Below are positions 27,930-37,569 of a DNA stretch of 51,337 bases, piece after piece (position 1 is the stretch's first letter; each line of letters starts with the position of its first letter). The DNA lies in contig JBBQXJ010000029.1 of the NCBI GenBank assembly GCA_038209745.1, positions 1-51,337 of the forward strand, in the 5' to 3' direction. The translations under genes were made by a program, and so were the position numbers. The notes under the pieces were generated by a model. It was not told the DNA's origin. It did no database searches and saw only the letters and a program-made list of their open reading frames with translations. The DNA comes from Verrucomicrobiota bacterium (GTDB lineage Bacteria > Verrucomicrobiota > Verrucomicrobiia > Limisphaerales > CANJSG01).

Positions 27930-28040
27930 GCCGTCCGGGGAGCGTTTTGGCCTGAAGGAAGGGTTCTCAAGACCTGCGGTGCCATCGGCGCAGAAACGGG
28001 CCAGCCACTTCTGGGCCGAGCGGACCGAGATTCCGAACAC
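27930..28040 (-). pseudogene. IS481-like transposase N-terminal HTH fragment
   Basis: Translation FGISVRSAQKWLARFCADGTAGLENPSFRPKRSP resembles the IS481-type 'G.S..T..KW..RF...G..GL.DRSSRP..SP' segment; no DDE domain follows. Confidence 0.7.
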
Positions 28041-28165
28041 ATCACACCTATGGCGGGTAGTGAAGCCTCGGAGTATGCACCTACAAGTCGGAGCCCGCGA
28101 CGGGGTAGGGTTGAAGGAAATGCCAGACCCTCAACTCGTTTCGATGCCTTCCGATCTGTTCAGAC

Positions 28166-28540
28166 ATGGAACAGATGATGACGAGGTATTCGGGGGACAC
28201 GGAGAAAGTATTCGACGCGGCGCGGTTTCAGGCATGGCTCGGAGTTGCAGCTGCGCTTATCGGACTTTTGGTTGCATCCGGCCTTTGGTGGTATCTAGCC
28301 CGAGCGGTTGTCCGGTGGCTCAACTCCAAATCGGCATTGAACGAATGGCAACTGGCGAAGGTATCCGTTCGAACCGAAATTCCCACATGCGACGAATTGC
28401 GGGCTGACTTGGCGCGGCGGTTGGGAGGTCGGCAATCAGGGCACCCAGAGCGAAATACAAAGGGGCAGTATTATAGCAGTAGCCCGAAGCTTAAGTCTCA
28501 AAAGCCGACCATCCTATTGGCTTTAAGTTTCAAACTGTAA
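28166..28540 (+). pseudogene. Possible degenerate membrane-protein ORF in an AT-richer patch
   Basis: One hydrophobic segment (AWLGVAAALIGLLVASGLWWYLA); atypical codon usage; C-terminal half looks like read-through. Confidence 0.3.
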
Positions 28541-28614
28541 ATGAATATAACAAACATTGTGCTCGGTTATTTGTTTCGCCTCCGATGGGCCTAAACCTCT
28601 GATGGAAACTAGCT

Positions 28615-29811
28615 TCAGCGCTGGGACCAACCCCAGCGATGGCCGTCGCGGTTGATGATCGGCCAATAGATGAAGAACGACCGGCCGATGACGTTTTGCA
28701 CCGGGACCGGGCCCCACATGCGGGAGTCGGAGCTGTTGGCGGTGTTGTCGCCCATGGCCAGATACTGATCGTCCGTCAACGTGACTTTGGCTGCGGGATC
28801 CGGAAACAGCCGGACTCCGGGCATGTTGTTGCCGTTCAGATGTCCAAGGTAGCGCCATTTTCCGAAGCCGCTGCCGATGGCGTAGACGTTCTCAAAGCCC
28901 GGTTCGTTGGCATCCAGCCGGCGTCCGTTGACCACGAGATGCGAGTCGTCCCCGATGCTGATGGTTTCATTGGGCAAAGCGACCAGCCGCTTGATGTAGA
29001 ACTGGTCCTGATGCTCGATGGCTGTGCCTTTGGTGGCGAAGACGATGATGTCGCCGCGCCGTGGCTTCCGGAAATTGTAGGACACTCGGTCGACGAACAG
29101 ATGATCGCCGGCGGTTTCCTCGAACCGGACGATGGGTTCGTCTTTGCGGAAATAGCGGCTCTTTTCCAGGTCGAGCTTGCCCCCCAGACCATCGGCCGGC
29201 GTGAACCAGAGCTTCAGGATCTGGGGCTCCGGGTTGTTTCGATACTGGACCTTCATTTCCATCCGGCTGAAGAGACCGAGGAACTTGATCGGAGGCGAAA
29301 CCGCCAACAACTGGCCGTCATCCGCCGCCATCAGTTCGTGGTAGAACATTCCTCCGACCACGCCGTCGTAGATCCGTTTAGCCAACCCGGGCAACGGCCT
29401 GGGCGACCTCGAACCATCGTCCGGATGCGCGTAGTCTTCGACCGTCACGCCATAAAGCGTCGGCTGCATGGAGCCGGTCGGAATCTTGAACGGCTGGAGG
29501 ATGAACGTCCTGAACGCCATCGCCACGGCCACGACGACGAGGAAGACCTCGACGTTTTCACGGATGCCGGAGTTGCGGTACGGCTTGAACCACTTGTCGG
29601 CCGCTTCCTTGAGCGCGTCGCATTTATCGGCCAAAAGCGCCGGAGGCAGTCCATTGCGGATGCCTTCCTCGGTCTCGGCGATCGCCTTGGAAATGCTCTC
29701 CAAGGCCTGTGGCGCGAGGATGTCATGCTGGTGGTTGAGGATCTTCCGCGCCTGTTTGCACAGATCGGCGGCTTCACGGACGGACTTGGAGAAAAACCAG
29801 CGCAGCGTCAT
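28615..29811 (-). CDS. lepB: Signal peptidase I
   Basis: FKIPTGSMQPTL (catalytic Ser), YIKRLV (catalytic Lys), MGDN..NSSDSRMWG; directly downstream of lepA. Confidence 0.95.
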   Translation of the reverse strand: MTLRWFFSKSVREAADLCKQARKILNHQHDILAPQALESISKAIAETEEGIRNGLPPALLADKCDALKEAADKWFKPYRNSGIRENVEVFLVVVAVAMAFRTFILQPFKIPTGSMQPTLYGVTVEDYAHPDDGSRSPRPLPGLAKRIYDGVVGGMFYHELMAADDGQLLAVSPPIKFLGLFSRMEMKVQYRNNPEPQILKLWFTPADGLGGKLDLEKSRYFRKDEPIVRFEETAGDHLFVDRVSYNFRKPRRGDIIVFATKGTAIEHQDQFYIKRLVALPNETISIGDDSHLVVNGRRLDANEPGFENVYAIGSGFGKWRYLGHLNGNNMPGVRLFPDPAAKVTLTDDQYLAMGDNTANSSDSRMWGPVPVQNVIGRSFFIYWPIINRDGHRWGWSQR

Positions 29812-29827
29812 GCGTTTTCGGTGTTGA

Positions 29828-31618
29828 TCAGCTCTTGAGGACCTCGATGAAGGCTTCCTGCGGAATGTTGACCGTTCCAATGGTCTTCATTCGCTTTTTG
29901 CCTTCCTTCTGCTTTTCCAACAGCTTGCGCTTACGGGAGATGTCGCCGCCGTAGCACTTGGCGGTTACATCCTTGCGCATGGCGCTGATGGTTTCACGGG
30001 CAACGAACTTGCCACCGATGGCGGCTTGGATGGCGACCTGGTATTGCTGCTTGGGAATGACGTCCTTGAGCTTGGCCGCGAGGATGCGTCCCCTGCTCTC
30101 CGCCTTGCTCCGATGCACGAGAGCCGAGAAGGCCTCCATGACTTCGCCGTTGACCATCATGTCGAGCTTCACCATCTCGCTGGTCACGTAGCCGTCATAC
30201 TCGTAGTCCATCGAACCGTAGCCCTTGGTGATGGATTTGATACGATCGTGGAAGTCGATGAGGATCTCGTTCAGCGGGATCCGGGCGGTCAGCATGACGC
30301 GGTTCGTGTCGAGCGTTTCGGTGTGCTCGACTTCGCCGCGCTTCTCCGAGATGAGGGCCAACATGTCGCCGATGTTCGCGTTCGGCACCATGACGAATGC
30401 CTTCACCATGGGTTCCCGGACCTCGTCGATGAAGGTGACGTCGGGCATGAAGGCGGGGTTGTCCACTTCCTTCTCCGTGCCGTCGGTCATCTTCACCTGA
30501 TAGACCACGCTCGGGTAGGTCGCGATGATGTCCATGTCGAACTCGCGCCGGAGCCGCTCCTGGACGATCTCCATGTGCAGCAGTCCGAGGAAGCCGCAGC
30601 GGAAACCGAAGCCGAGCGCGACCGAGCTCTCCGTCGAAAACGTGAGCGCGGAATCGTTCAACTGGAGCTTGGCGATGGCCACCTTCAACCCCTCGTAGTC
30701 GGCGGTGTTGATCGGGTAGATCCCGCTGAAGACCATTGGATGGACCTCCTGGAACCCGGGCAGTTCGGGCGCTGGATTCCGCGGATCGGTCAACGTGTCG
30801 CCGACCTTCACCTCCCGGGGGGTCTTGATGTTCGCGGTGATATAGCCGGTTTCGCCGGCGGTCAGGACGTCGCGCTTGTAGGGCTTGGGATTGAACGAGC
30901 CGACCTCCTTCACCTCCACCGTCTTGCCGGAGTGAAGCAGCTTCACCTGGGAGCCGGCCCGGAGTTCGCCGTTGGTGATGCGGACGAGGATGACCACGCC
31001 CTTGTAGGTGTCGAAATAGCTGTCGAAGACGAGGGCCTGGAGGGACCAGACCTTGGTGGGCACCGGCGCCGGAATCCGGTGGACGATGGCTTCGAGAATT
31101 TCGGAGATGCCGATGCCTTCCTTGGCGCTGGCGAGAATGGCGTCCTCGCCCGGCACCGCGAGAATGTCCTCCAACTGCTGCTTGGCCATCGCGATGTTGG
31201 CGTGCGGCAGGTCGATCTTGTTGATGATCGGGACGATCGTGAGGCCCTGCTTGGTGGCCAGGTGGAAGTTGGCGACGGTCTGGGCCTCGACGCCCTGGGC
31301 AGCGTCGACGATCACGAGCGCTCCTTCGCAGGCGCTGAGGCTGCGGGACACTTCATAGGCGAAGTCGACGTGTCCGGGGGTGTCGATCAGGTTCAGCTCG
31401 TAGCGTTGTCCGTCCTTGGCGTCGTAATACATCGTGACCGGATGGGCCTTGATGGTGATGCCGCGCTCCTTTTCGAGATCCATCCCGTCGAGGTGCTGGG
31501 CCTCAAGGTCACGGTTCGAAACCGTGCCGGTGTTCTGGAGCAATCGGTCGGAAAGCGTCGTCTTCCCGTGGTCGATGTGGGCGATGATGCTGAAATTTCG
31601 GATGAGCTTCGGGTCCAT
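29828..31618 (-). CDS. lepA: Translation elongation factor 4
   Basis: IRNFSIIAHIDHGK.TL, ERGITIK, DTPGHVDF, GFRCGFLGLLH, KCYGGDISRKRKLLEKQK.GK. Confidence 0.98.
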   Translation of the reverse strand: MDPKLIRNFSIIAHIDHGKTTLSDRLLQNTGTVSNRDLEAQHLDGMDLEKERGITIKAHPVTMYYDAKDGQRYELNLIDTPGHVDFAYEVSRSLSACEGALVIVDAAQGVEAQTVANFHLATKQGLTIVPIINKIDLPHANIAMAKQQLEDILAVPGEDAILASAKEGIGISEILEAIVHRIPAPVPTKVWSLQALVFDSYFDTYKGVVILVRITNGELRAGSQVKLLHSGKTVEVKEVGSFNPKPYKRDVLTAGETGYITANIKTPREVKVGDTLTDPRNPAPELPGFQEVHPMVFSGIYPINTADYEGLKVAIAKLQLNDSALTFSTESSVALGFGFRCGFLGLLHMEIVQERLRREFDMDIIATYPSVVYQVKMTDGTEKEVDNPAFMPDVTFIDEVREPMVKAFVMVPNANIGDMLALISEKRGEVEHTETLDTNRVMLTARIPLNEILIDFHDRIKSITKGYGSMDYEYDGYVTSEMVKLDMMVNGEVMEAFSALVHRSKAESRGRILAAKLKDVIPKQQYQVAIQAAIGGKFVARETISAMRKDVTAKCYGGDISRKRKLLEKQKEGKKRMKTIGTVNIPQEAFIEVLKS

Positions 31619-31965
31619 GCGATCAAACTCTCGCCAAGACGCGGGCCAAACTACTTGGCTCGCCGCGTGCCGGCAAATTTACGAGTCGCACGATAAGGGG
31701 GAAGGTCGCGGAAGGAAGGTCAAATTTAGCACGTCTTCACCCTCGGTTCCCACGTCCGGAAGCGTCCCCAATTTGAATAAAACGGGCTCGGCCGGGCAAC
31801 GCGGCTGATATTTGCCCCGCCTGGGGAAGGATTCTCAATGGCCCAGGATTCGAGTCGTCCATTTGGAAGCGCCACGGCCTCCACTGGCGGCTTCTTCGGT
31901 TTGCTTCGTGGTCCTGCCGGCATTACAACCCCTGCTCCGTATGAAACCCAATTGCCCCGCGATCC

Positions 31966-33354
31966 ATGACTCCGACTTCCTTTGACCTGGTGGTTCTGGG
32001 TGGCGGAAGCGCCGGATACGCGGCCGCTCGGACCGCCGCTTCCGCCGGTTTGAGCGTCGCGATAGTCGAAGGCGGCAAGGAGGTCGGCGGCCTCTGCATC
32101 CTGCGCGGTTGCATGCCGACAAAGGCCCTCCTCTATGCAGCCGAAGTCCTCCATCTCGCCAAGACCGGCAACAAGTGGGGGTTGGAGATCCCGCAGGCCG
32201 GGTTGGACTTCAAGGCCGTCATGGCTCACAAGGCGACGAAGATCGCGGAGTTCGCCTCCTTTCGCCGCGAACAGCTCTCCGATGGCCGCTTCACCCTCGT
32301 CCGGGCCGATGCCCGCTTCGTCGATCCGCACACCGTGGAGCTGTCCGACGGATCGCGGCTGACGGGCAGCCATTTCTTCGTCGCGACCGGCTCCGTTGTC
32401 TCCGCGCCTCCCCTGCCCCAGTTGCGCGAATCGGGCTACTTGACCAGCGACGATGCGCTCGCCCTCGAGATTTTGCCGAAGTCGCTCATCGTCCTTGGCG
32501 GCGGCGCAGTGGCGGTGGAATTCGCCCAGATGTTCCAGCGCTTCGGCGTGGAGGTGACGCTGGTGCAACGCAGCGAGCATCTGCTGAAAGACTTCGACAC
32601 AGACGCCGCCGAAGCGATCGAGGCCACTCTGCGCGAGGAAGGCATGCGGGTGCTGTGCGGGACACGTTTGATGGAAGCCCGCCGCACACAGGCCGGAAAA
32701 GAGGTCGTCATCGAGCAGCACGGCAAAGTCCTCGTCCTGCGGGCCGAAGAGATCCTCCTGGCCCTCGGTCGTTCTCCGAACACGCATCGCTTGAACCTGG
32801 GTGCTGCGGGAGTCCAGACCGACGACCATGGCAAGATCGTCACCGATGATTCGATGCGGACCACCACGCCGCACATCTACGCCGGCGGCGACTGCACCAG
32901 CCCGTTCGAGGTCGTCCATCTCGCCGTCGCCCAAGCGGAGGTTGCCGGCCACAACATCGTTCATCCAGACCGCCGCCGGACGATGGACTATCGGCTGATC
33001 ATGTCCGTTGTCTTCACCGACCCGCAGGTCGCGGCCGTGGGTCTCACGGAAAAGACGGCGAAGGCCAAAGGCATTCCCTACATCGCCGCGAGCTACCCGT
33101 TCAACGACCACGGCAAATCCATCATCATGGAGGTCGAGCACGGGGCGGTGAAGCTGCTGGCCGATCCCAAGACCGGTGAGATCCTCGGCGGCTCCGTGGT
33201 GGGTCCTGCGGGCGGAGAGTTGATCCACGAGATCGTCGTGGCCATGGCCGCCCGGATGACCGTCGCGCAACTCGCCGCCGTTCCCCATTACCATCCCACC
33301 CTGGCCGAGATCTGGACCTATCCCGCCGAGGAATTGGCGGAGCAGGTCGGGTAA
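31966..33354 (+). CDS. Class I pyridine nucleotide-disulfide oxidoreductase (dihydrolipoamide dehydrogenase-like)
   Basis: GGGSAG FAD motif, redox centre GGLCILRGCMPTK, GGGAVAVE NAD motif, C-terminal HYHPTLAE. Confidence 0.88.
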   Translation: MTPTSFDLVVLGGGSAGYAAARTAASAGLSVAIVEGGKEVGGLCILRGCMPTKALLYAAEVLHLAKTGNKWGLEIPQAGLDFKAVMAHKATKIAEFASFRREQLSDGRFTLVRADARFVDPHTVELSDGSRLTGSHFFVATGSVVSAPPLPQLRESGYLTSDDALALEILPKSLIVLGGGAVAVEFAQMFQRFGVEVTLVQRSEHLLKDFDTDAAEAIEATLREEGMRVLCGTRLMEARRTQAGKEVVIEQHGKVLVLRAEEILLALGRSPNTHRLNLGAAGVQTDDHGKIVTDDSMRTTTPHIYAGGDCTSPFEVVHLAVAQAEVAGHNIVHPDRRRTMDYRLIMSVVFTDPQVAAVGLTEKTAKAKGIPYIAASYPFNDHGKSIIMEVEHGAVKLLADPKTGEILGGSVVGPAGGELIHEIVVAMAARMTVAQLAAVPHYHPTLAEIWTYPAEELAEQVG

Positions 33355-33846
33355 ACACGTCCGCAGGGCGCCCGGCGCTTCGCCCGCCCCCTGGAGCCAG
33401 CTCCCCGTGCTCCGGCGATGCGGAGAATGAATCCCGTGGTCACTTCCGGCCTCACTGCAAAGGCGGAACGATGCAGCCGAAATGGAGCCACCGGTTGGAA
33501 AGTGATTGGGGCTGATGAAAACAGATCGATCAAAGGACGAGAGCCCGCTCCACCAAACGGTGGCCGGGGCGATTGAAATTCAAAAACGGCTGAAAACCGA
33601 TCGCAGTGGAGTTCACCGGGCAGCAACTCGATGTGCACGCCGGGACGGCGCCGGTCTGGACGTTGCTGCACGGCAAGGGTTGGATCGAACGGCTGGCGGC
33701 CGCACCGGATGCCGACATCCAACAACAGTCTGACAGCGCAGGAGAAGGCGCTGGCCTTCGTCCATGGGCTGCGCGTCTATTTTTGCGCTTCGAAAACCCG
33801 GGAAAATTGTCTGGAATAGAAGATCATCCAGCAGCCTCAGAAACCT

Positions 33847-34398
33847 GTGAACGAAGCGGATTACGAACAAGCGGTCAGCGCGCACTACACCGCGCTCTAC
33901 GCGTTCGGCTACAGTTTGGCGGGCAACGCGGATGATGCCTGCGAACTGGCGCAGGAGGCCTTCAGCCGACTGTTGATGAAGGGCGGCCAAATCCGCGACA
34001 CGGCCAAGATCAAATCCTGGCTGTTCACCACGCTCTACCGCGTCTTCCTCGGCTGGAAGAGCCGCCAAAGCCGCCTGCCCCACTTCGAGATCGAATCCGT
34101 CAGCGACGAGCTTCCGGCCATCGCCCCGGAGCATGTGGACGTCCTCGAGAACGACATCGTCCGTCTCGCCCTTCTCCAACTGGAAGAGCACTACCGTCTG
34201 CCCCTGGTCCTTTTCTACCTGAACGACCATTCCTATGAGGAGATCGCCACCGTGCTCGACGTGCCGATCGGGACGGTCATGTCGCGGCTCTCCCGGGGGA
34301 AGGCGCAGCTTCGCGAGAAGCTTCTCGCTTGTGCGGTTGATCGCCAGCCCCAGAGCAAGACCATCCGACTGGACCTCAAGTCCCGCACCGCGCCGTAA
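33847..34398 (+). CDS. ECF RNA polymerase sigma factor
   Basis: DDA.ELAQEAF, KSWLFT, SYEEIA.VLDVPIGTVMSRLSRG; GTG start. Confidence 0.93.
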   Translation: MNEADYEQAVSAHYTALYAFGYSLAGNADDACELAQEAFSRLLMKGGQIRDTAKIKSWLFTTLYRVFLGWKSRQSRLPHFEIESVSDELPAIAPEHVDVLENDIVRLALLQLEEHYRLPLVLFYLNDHSYEEIATVLDVPIGTVMSRLSRGKAQLREKLLACAVDRQPQSKTIRLDLKSRTAP

Positions 34399-34401
34399 AC
34401 C

Positions 34402-35142
34402 ATGAACAACGAAGAAGCCAAATTGATCCTTCAGGCCTATCGCCCGGGCGGCGAAGATTCGGTGGATCCGCAGTTCCGGGAAGCGCTGGAACAGGCCCGT
34501 CTCGATCCGGATCTGGGCGCCTGGCTGGCCAACGAGCTGGAACTCGACCAGCGAATCGGCGGCAAGTTCCGCGACTCCGTAACGCCGCCGGTCCACCTCA
34601 AGTCCCGCCTCCTCGCCCAGCGAAAGATCGTGAAGCCTGTCGTCTGGTGGCGCCAACCCGCGTGGCAATTGGCCGCCGCCTGTTTCGCTGCGCTGCTGAT
34701 CCTCGGTGTTTTCTGGAACCGTTTCGAAGGTCGCAACGGTTTCCCGGCCTACCGCGCCGAGATGGCGGATTTCGTCGGTCACCGGCTCGATCGCCTCGAT
34801 CTCATGTCCCATGACCTCGCGGAGGTGCGTCGTTGGCTCAAAGATCAAGCAGGCCAAGGCGAACTGCTCCTTCCGGCCGGACTGGAGAGGCGGCCCAGTC
34901 TTGGCTGCCGTCTCATGGATTGGCAGCAGCACAAAGTCTCGCTCGTCTGCTTCGACCTTGGAAACGGCCACGTCGCCCACTTGTTGGTGATCGACCGGAC
35001 CGCTCTCCCCGACGCCCCTGCGGAATCACCGGTCTTCACTCAGATCTCCGACGTCGCCACCGTCGGGTGGAGCCGGGGAGAAAAGACCTACCTCGTCGCC
35101 AGCCAAGGCGGCAGCCAGCTTGACCTCATGAAACTCTTCTGA
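34402..35142 (+). CDS. Putative membrane-anchored anti-sigma factor (DUF3379-like)
   Basis: 3 bp after the ECF gene; N-terminal EAKLILQAYRP.GED..DP, single TM segment, periplasmic GCR...SLVCF motif. Confidence 0.75.
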   Translation: MNNEEAKLILQAYRPGGEDSVDPQFREALEQARLDPDLGAWLANELELDQRIGGKFRDSVTPPVHLKSRLLAQRKIVKPVVWWRQPAWQLAAACFAALLILGVFWNRFEGRNGFPAYRAEMADFVGHRLDRLDLMSHDLAEVRRWLKDQAGQGELLLPAGLERRPSLGCRLMDWQQHKVSLVCFDLGNGHVAHLLVIDRTALPDAPAESPVFTQISDVATVGWSRGEKTYLVASQGGSQLDLMKLF

Positions 35143-35350
35143 GCCGCAAAGATGCGCCCGCGGCAACAAACGCGTCCGCGGCACCGTGACAGGACCGATT
35201 CGGTCCGCTTGGGTGCCTGATTCCAGCGGGACGACCAGAAGGGATCGTGGCAAGCGGTCAGACTCCGCCCGGGTCGAAGCCCACCTTCGAGTGGAACGAC
35301 AAAACTGTTGCCTCCGTGCCGGTAGATGGATCAATTTCCGCGTCCTCGGC

Positions 35351-35438
35351 GGAGAGATGGCTGAGTGGTTTAAGGCACACGCCTGGAAAGCGTGCGTAGG
35401 TAACACTACCGTGGGTTCGAATCCCTCTCTCTCCGCCA
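35351..35438 (+). tRNA. tRNA-Ser (anticodon GGA)
   Basis: Acceptor stem GGAGAGA/TCTCTCC, discriminator G, encoded CCA; anticodon arm CACGC-CTGGAAA-GCGTG; long variable arm; GGTTCGAATCC. Confidence 0.97.
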
Positions 35439-35682
35439 ATTGCCCTTTCCGAGACACATTCCACCAGCACCGGCGGCGAACTGGGCGTTCGAACTGGGGA
35501 GAAATCATTGAGAGAGACCCCACCGATTGCGCTCCGAAAAACCGTCCGAATGCCGACCTAATATCTCCTCCTCCGTTCGCGGTGCCCCAGAGGGATCACG
35601 GAGTCCGGATCTCGGATGGATTGAAGCGGTCCGACCTTTCCACTAGAACAGCCGCATCGCCCCTGATTCAAAATCTCTACGC

Positions 35683-37551
35683 TTGGCCCTGCTCGTCGCG
35701 CTCCTGTTCTTTCCGCAGGCGCGGCTGCTTGCGGCCGACTCGGATGATTCCATCTCAGTTGCGCCGACGAAGGATCTTCCCCTTCCCGGAGAAGTATTCC
35801 TCACCGCCGGCCACACCGCTTTCCTCATCCCGGCCACCGGCAATCCAGCCGAGACCGCCAAGCCGTGGGTTTGGTATGCTCCGACTCTGCCCGGACTTCC
35901 CGGCCGGGAAGAGCAGTGGATGTTCGACCAGTTCCTCGCCTCGGGAATCGCCGTTGCCGGGATCGACGTGGGCGAATCCTACGGCAGTCCGACAGGCCGC
36001 CGTCTCTTTACCGCCTTCTATGAAGAAATGACCGGCAAGGGTGGCTACTCGACCAAGCCGGTGTTGCTCGGCCGGAGCCGCGGAGGATTGATGGCCCTCT
36101 CTTGGGCGGCCGAGAATCCTGAGAAAGTCGGAGGCTTCGCCGGCATTTATCCGGTGTGCAATCTGGTGTGCTACCCAGGCGTGGCCAAGGCGGCAGGCGC
36201 CTACGAAATGACCGCCGAGCAACTGCAGTCGCATCTGACGGAACACAACCCCGTCGATCGGCTGGCGGCGTTGGCCCGAGCCAAAGTGCCGTTGTTTTCC
36301 ATTCATGGAGACATCGACACGCTTGTGCCATTGGAGGCGAATTCCCGTCTGATGCAGGACCGCTACAATGAGCTCGGCGGCTCCATGCAGTTGATCGTTG
36401 CGCCGGGCCAAGGGCACAACATGTGGGCCGGCTTCTTTCAAAGTGCGGAGTTGGTGGACTTCGTAAAGGCCCATGCCGGCCCACTCATAGCCCTGTCCTC
36501 TCCGCTGGACCATCAAGTGATCCAGCGGACTTCGAAGAGGAAGGGTTCCATCAATATCAGCGGCGAATTCAACGGTCTCACCGCCAAAGGATTCACCATC
36601 GAAGGACGCCTCACGGTCAACGGTCAGCCGGGCAAGTGGCGAAACCTGACCGTGGATCGCAAGCTCGGAACCTTTCTTGGAAAGTGGGACGGACCCTCGG
36701 GCGGTTGGCATCGGCTCGAAGTCCGGGCCGTTTCCAAGGGCATCATTCTCGCCGGATCGACAGTGGAACATGTCGGCATCGGCGAGGTCTTCGTCGTCGC
36801 CGGCCAATCGAACTCCGCGAACCACGGAGGCGAGAAACAGGAGACCAAGACCGGCATCGTCGCGGCCTTCGACGGCAAACGCTGGCAACTCGCCAGAGAT
36901 CCACAGCCCGGTGCCAGTGGCAGCGGGGGCAGTTTCATGCCGCCCTTTGGCGATGCGATCGCCGAACGATTCCACGTGCCGGTCGGCATCATCGCGTGTG
37001 GTGTTGGGGCGAGCAGCGTGCGCGAGTGGTTGCCCAAGGGTGCGACCTTTCCGAACCCGCCAACCCTCACCGGTCACGTGGGGCAGCGTCCCGACGGCCA
37101 ATGGGAGAGCAACGGCGAGCTCTACGCGGCCTTCACCAACCGGATGAAGCAGGCAGGTCCTCGCGGCTTTCGTGCCGTGCTGTGGCATCAGGGCGAGAGC
37201 GACGCAAACCAGAGCGACGCCACGCGCACGCTGCGCGGCGACCTCTATCGGAAGTATCTGGAGAAGCTCATCCACGACTCGCGCCGGGACATCGGCTGGA
37301 AGGCCCCTTGGTTTGTCGCGCAGGCCAGCTACCACGTGCCCGGAGACGAAGGTTCATCCGACATCCGGGCCGCCCAGGCCGCGCTGTGGCGGGATGGGAT
37401 CGCGCTCGAAGGACCCGATACGGACGCGATCAAAGGTCTCTTGCGGGAGAACGAGGGAAAGGGTGTCCACTTCAGCGGCCCTGGACTCCGTGAACACGCC
37501 GCCCGTTGGGTGGAAAAGGTCGCAGCTTGGCTGGAGAAAAAAGTGCCCTGA
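35683..37551 (+). CDS. Secreted alpha/beta hydrolase + SGNH sialate O-acetylesterase (SASA/CE6-like) fusion
   Basis: GRSRGG nucleophile elbow, IHGDID..VP, GQGH; then VGIGEVFVVAGQSNS, LWHQGESD, GVHF. Confidence 0.82.
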   Translation: MALLVALLFFPQARLLAADSDDSISVAPTKDLPLPGEVFLTAGHTAFLIPATGNPAETAKPWVWYAPTLPGLPGREEQWMFDQFLASGIAVAGIDVGESYGSPTGRRLFTAFYEEMTGKGGYSTKPVLLGRSRGGLMALSWAAENPEKVGGFAGIYPVCNLVCYPGVAKAAGAYEMTAEQLQSHLTEHNPVDRLAALARAKVPLFSIHGDIDTLVPLEANSRLMQDRYNELGGSMQLIVAPGQGHNMWAGFFQSAELVDFVKAHAGPLIALSSPLDHQVIQRTSKRKGSINISGEFNGLTAKGFTIEGRLTVNGQPGKWRNLTVDRKLGTFLGKWDGPSGGWHRLEVRAVSKGIILAGSTVEHVGIGEVFVVAGQSNSANHGGEKQETKTGIVAAFDGKRWQLARDPQPGASGSGGSFMPPFGDAIAERFHVPVGIIACGVGASSVREWLPKGATFPNPPTLTGHVGQRPDGQWESNGELYAAFTNRMKQAGPRGFRAVLWHQGESDANQSDATRTLRGDLYRKYLEKLIHDSRRDIGWKAPWFVAQASYHVPGDEGSSDIRAAQAALWRDGIALEGPDTDAIKGLLRENEGKGVHFSGPGLREHAARWVEKVAAWLEKKVP

Positions 37552-37569
37552 CCGCCCCAGATAAAAGAC

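Noticed and set aside
33355..33846. Possible small gene or RNA between the oxidoreductase and the ECF sigma gene
   Set aside because: ORFs at 33506 and 33606 have no recognisable motif or ribosome-binding site, and I saw no convincing structure.
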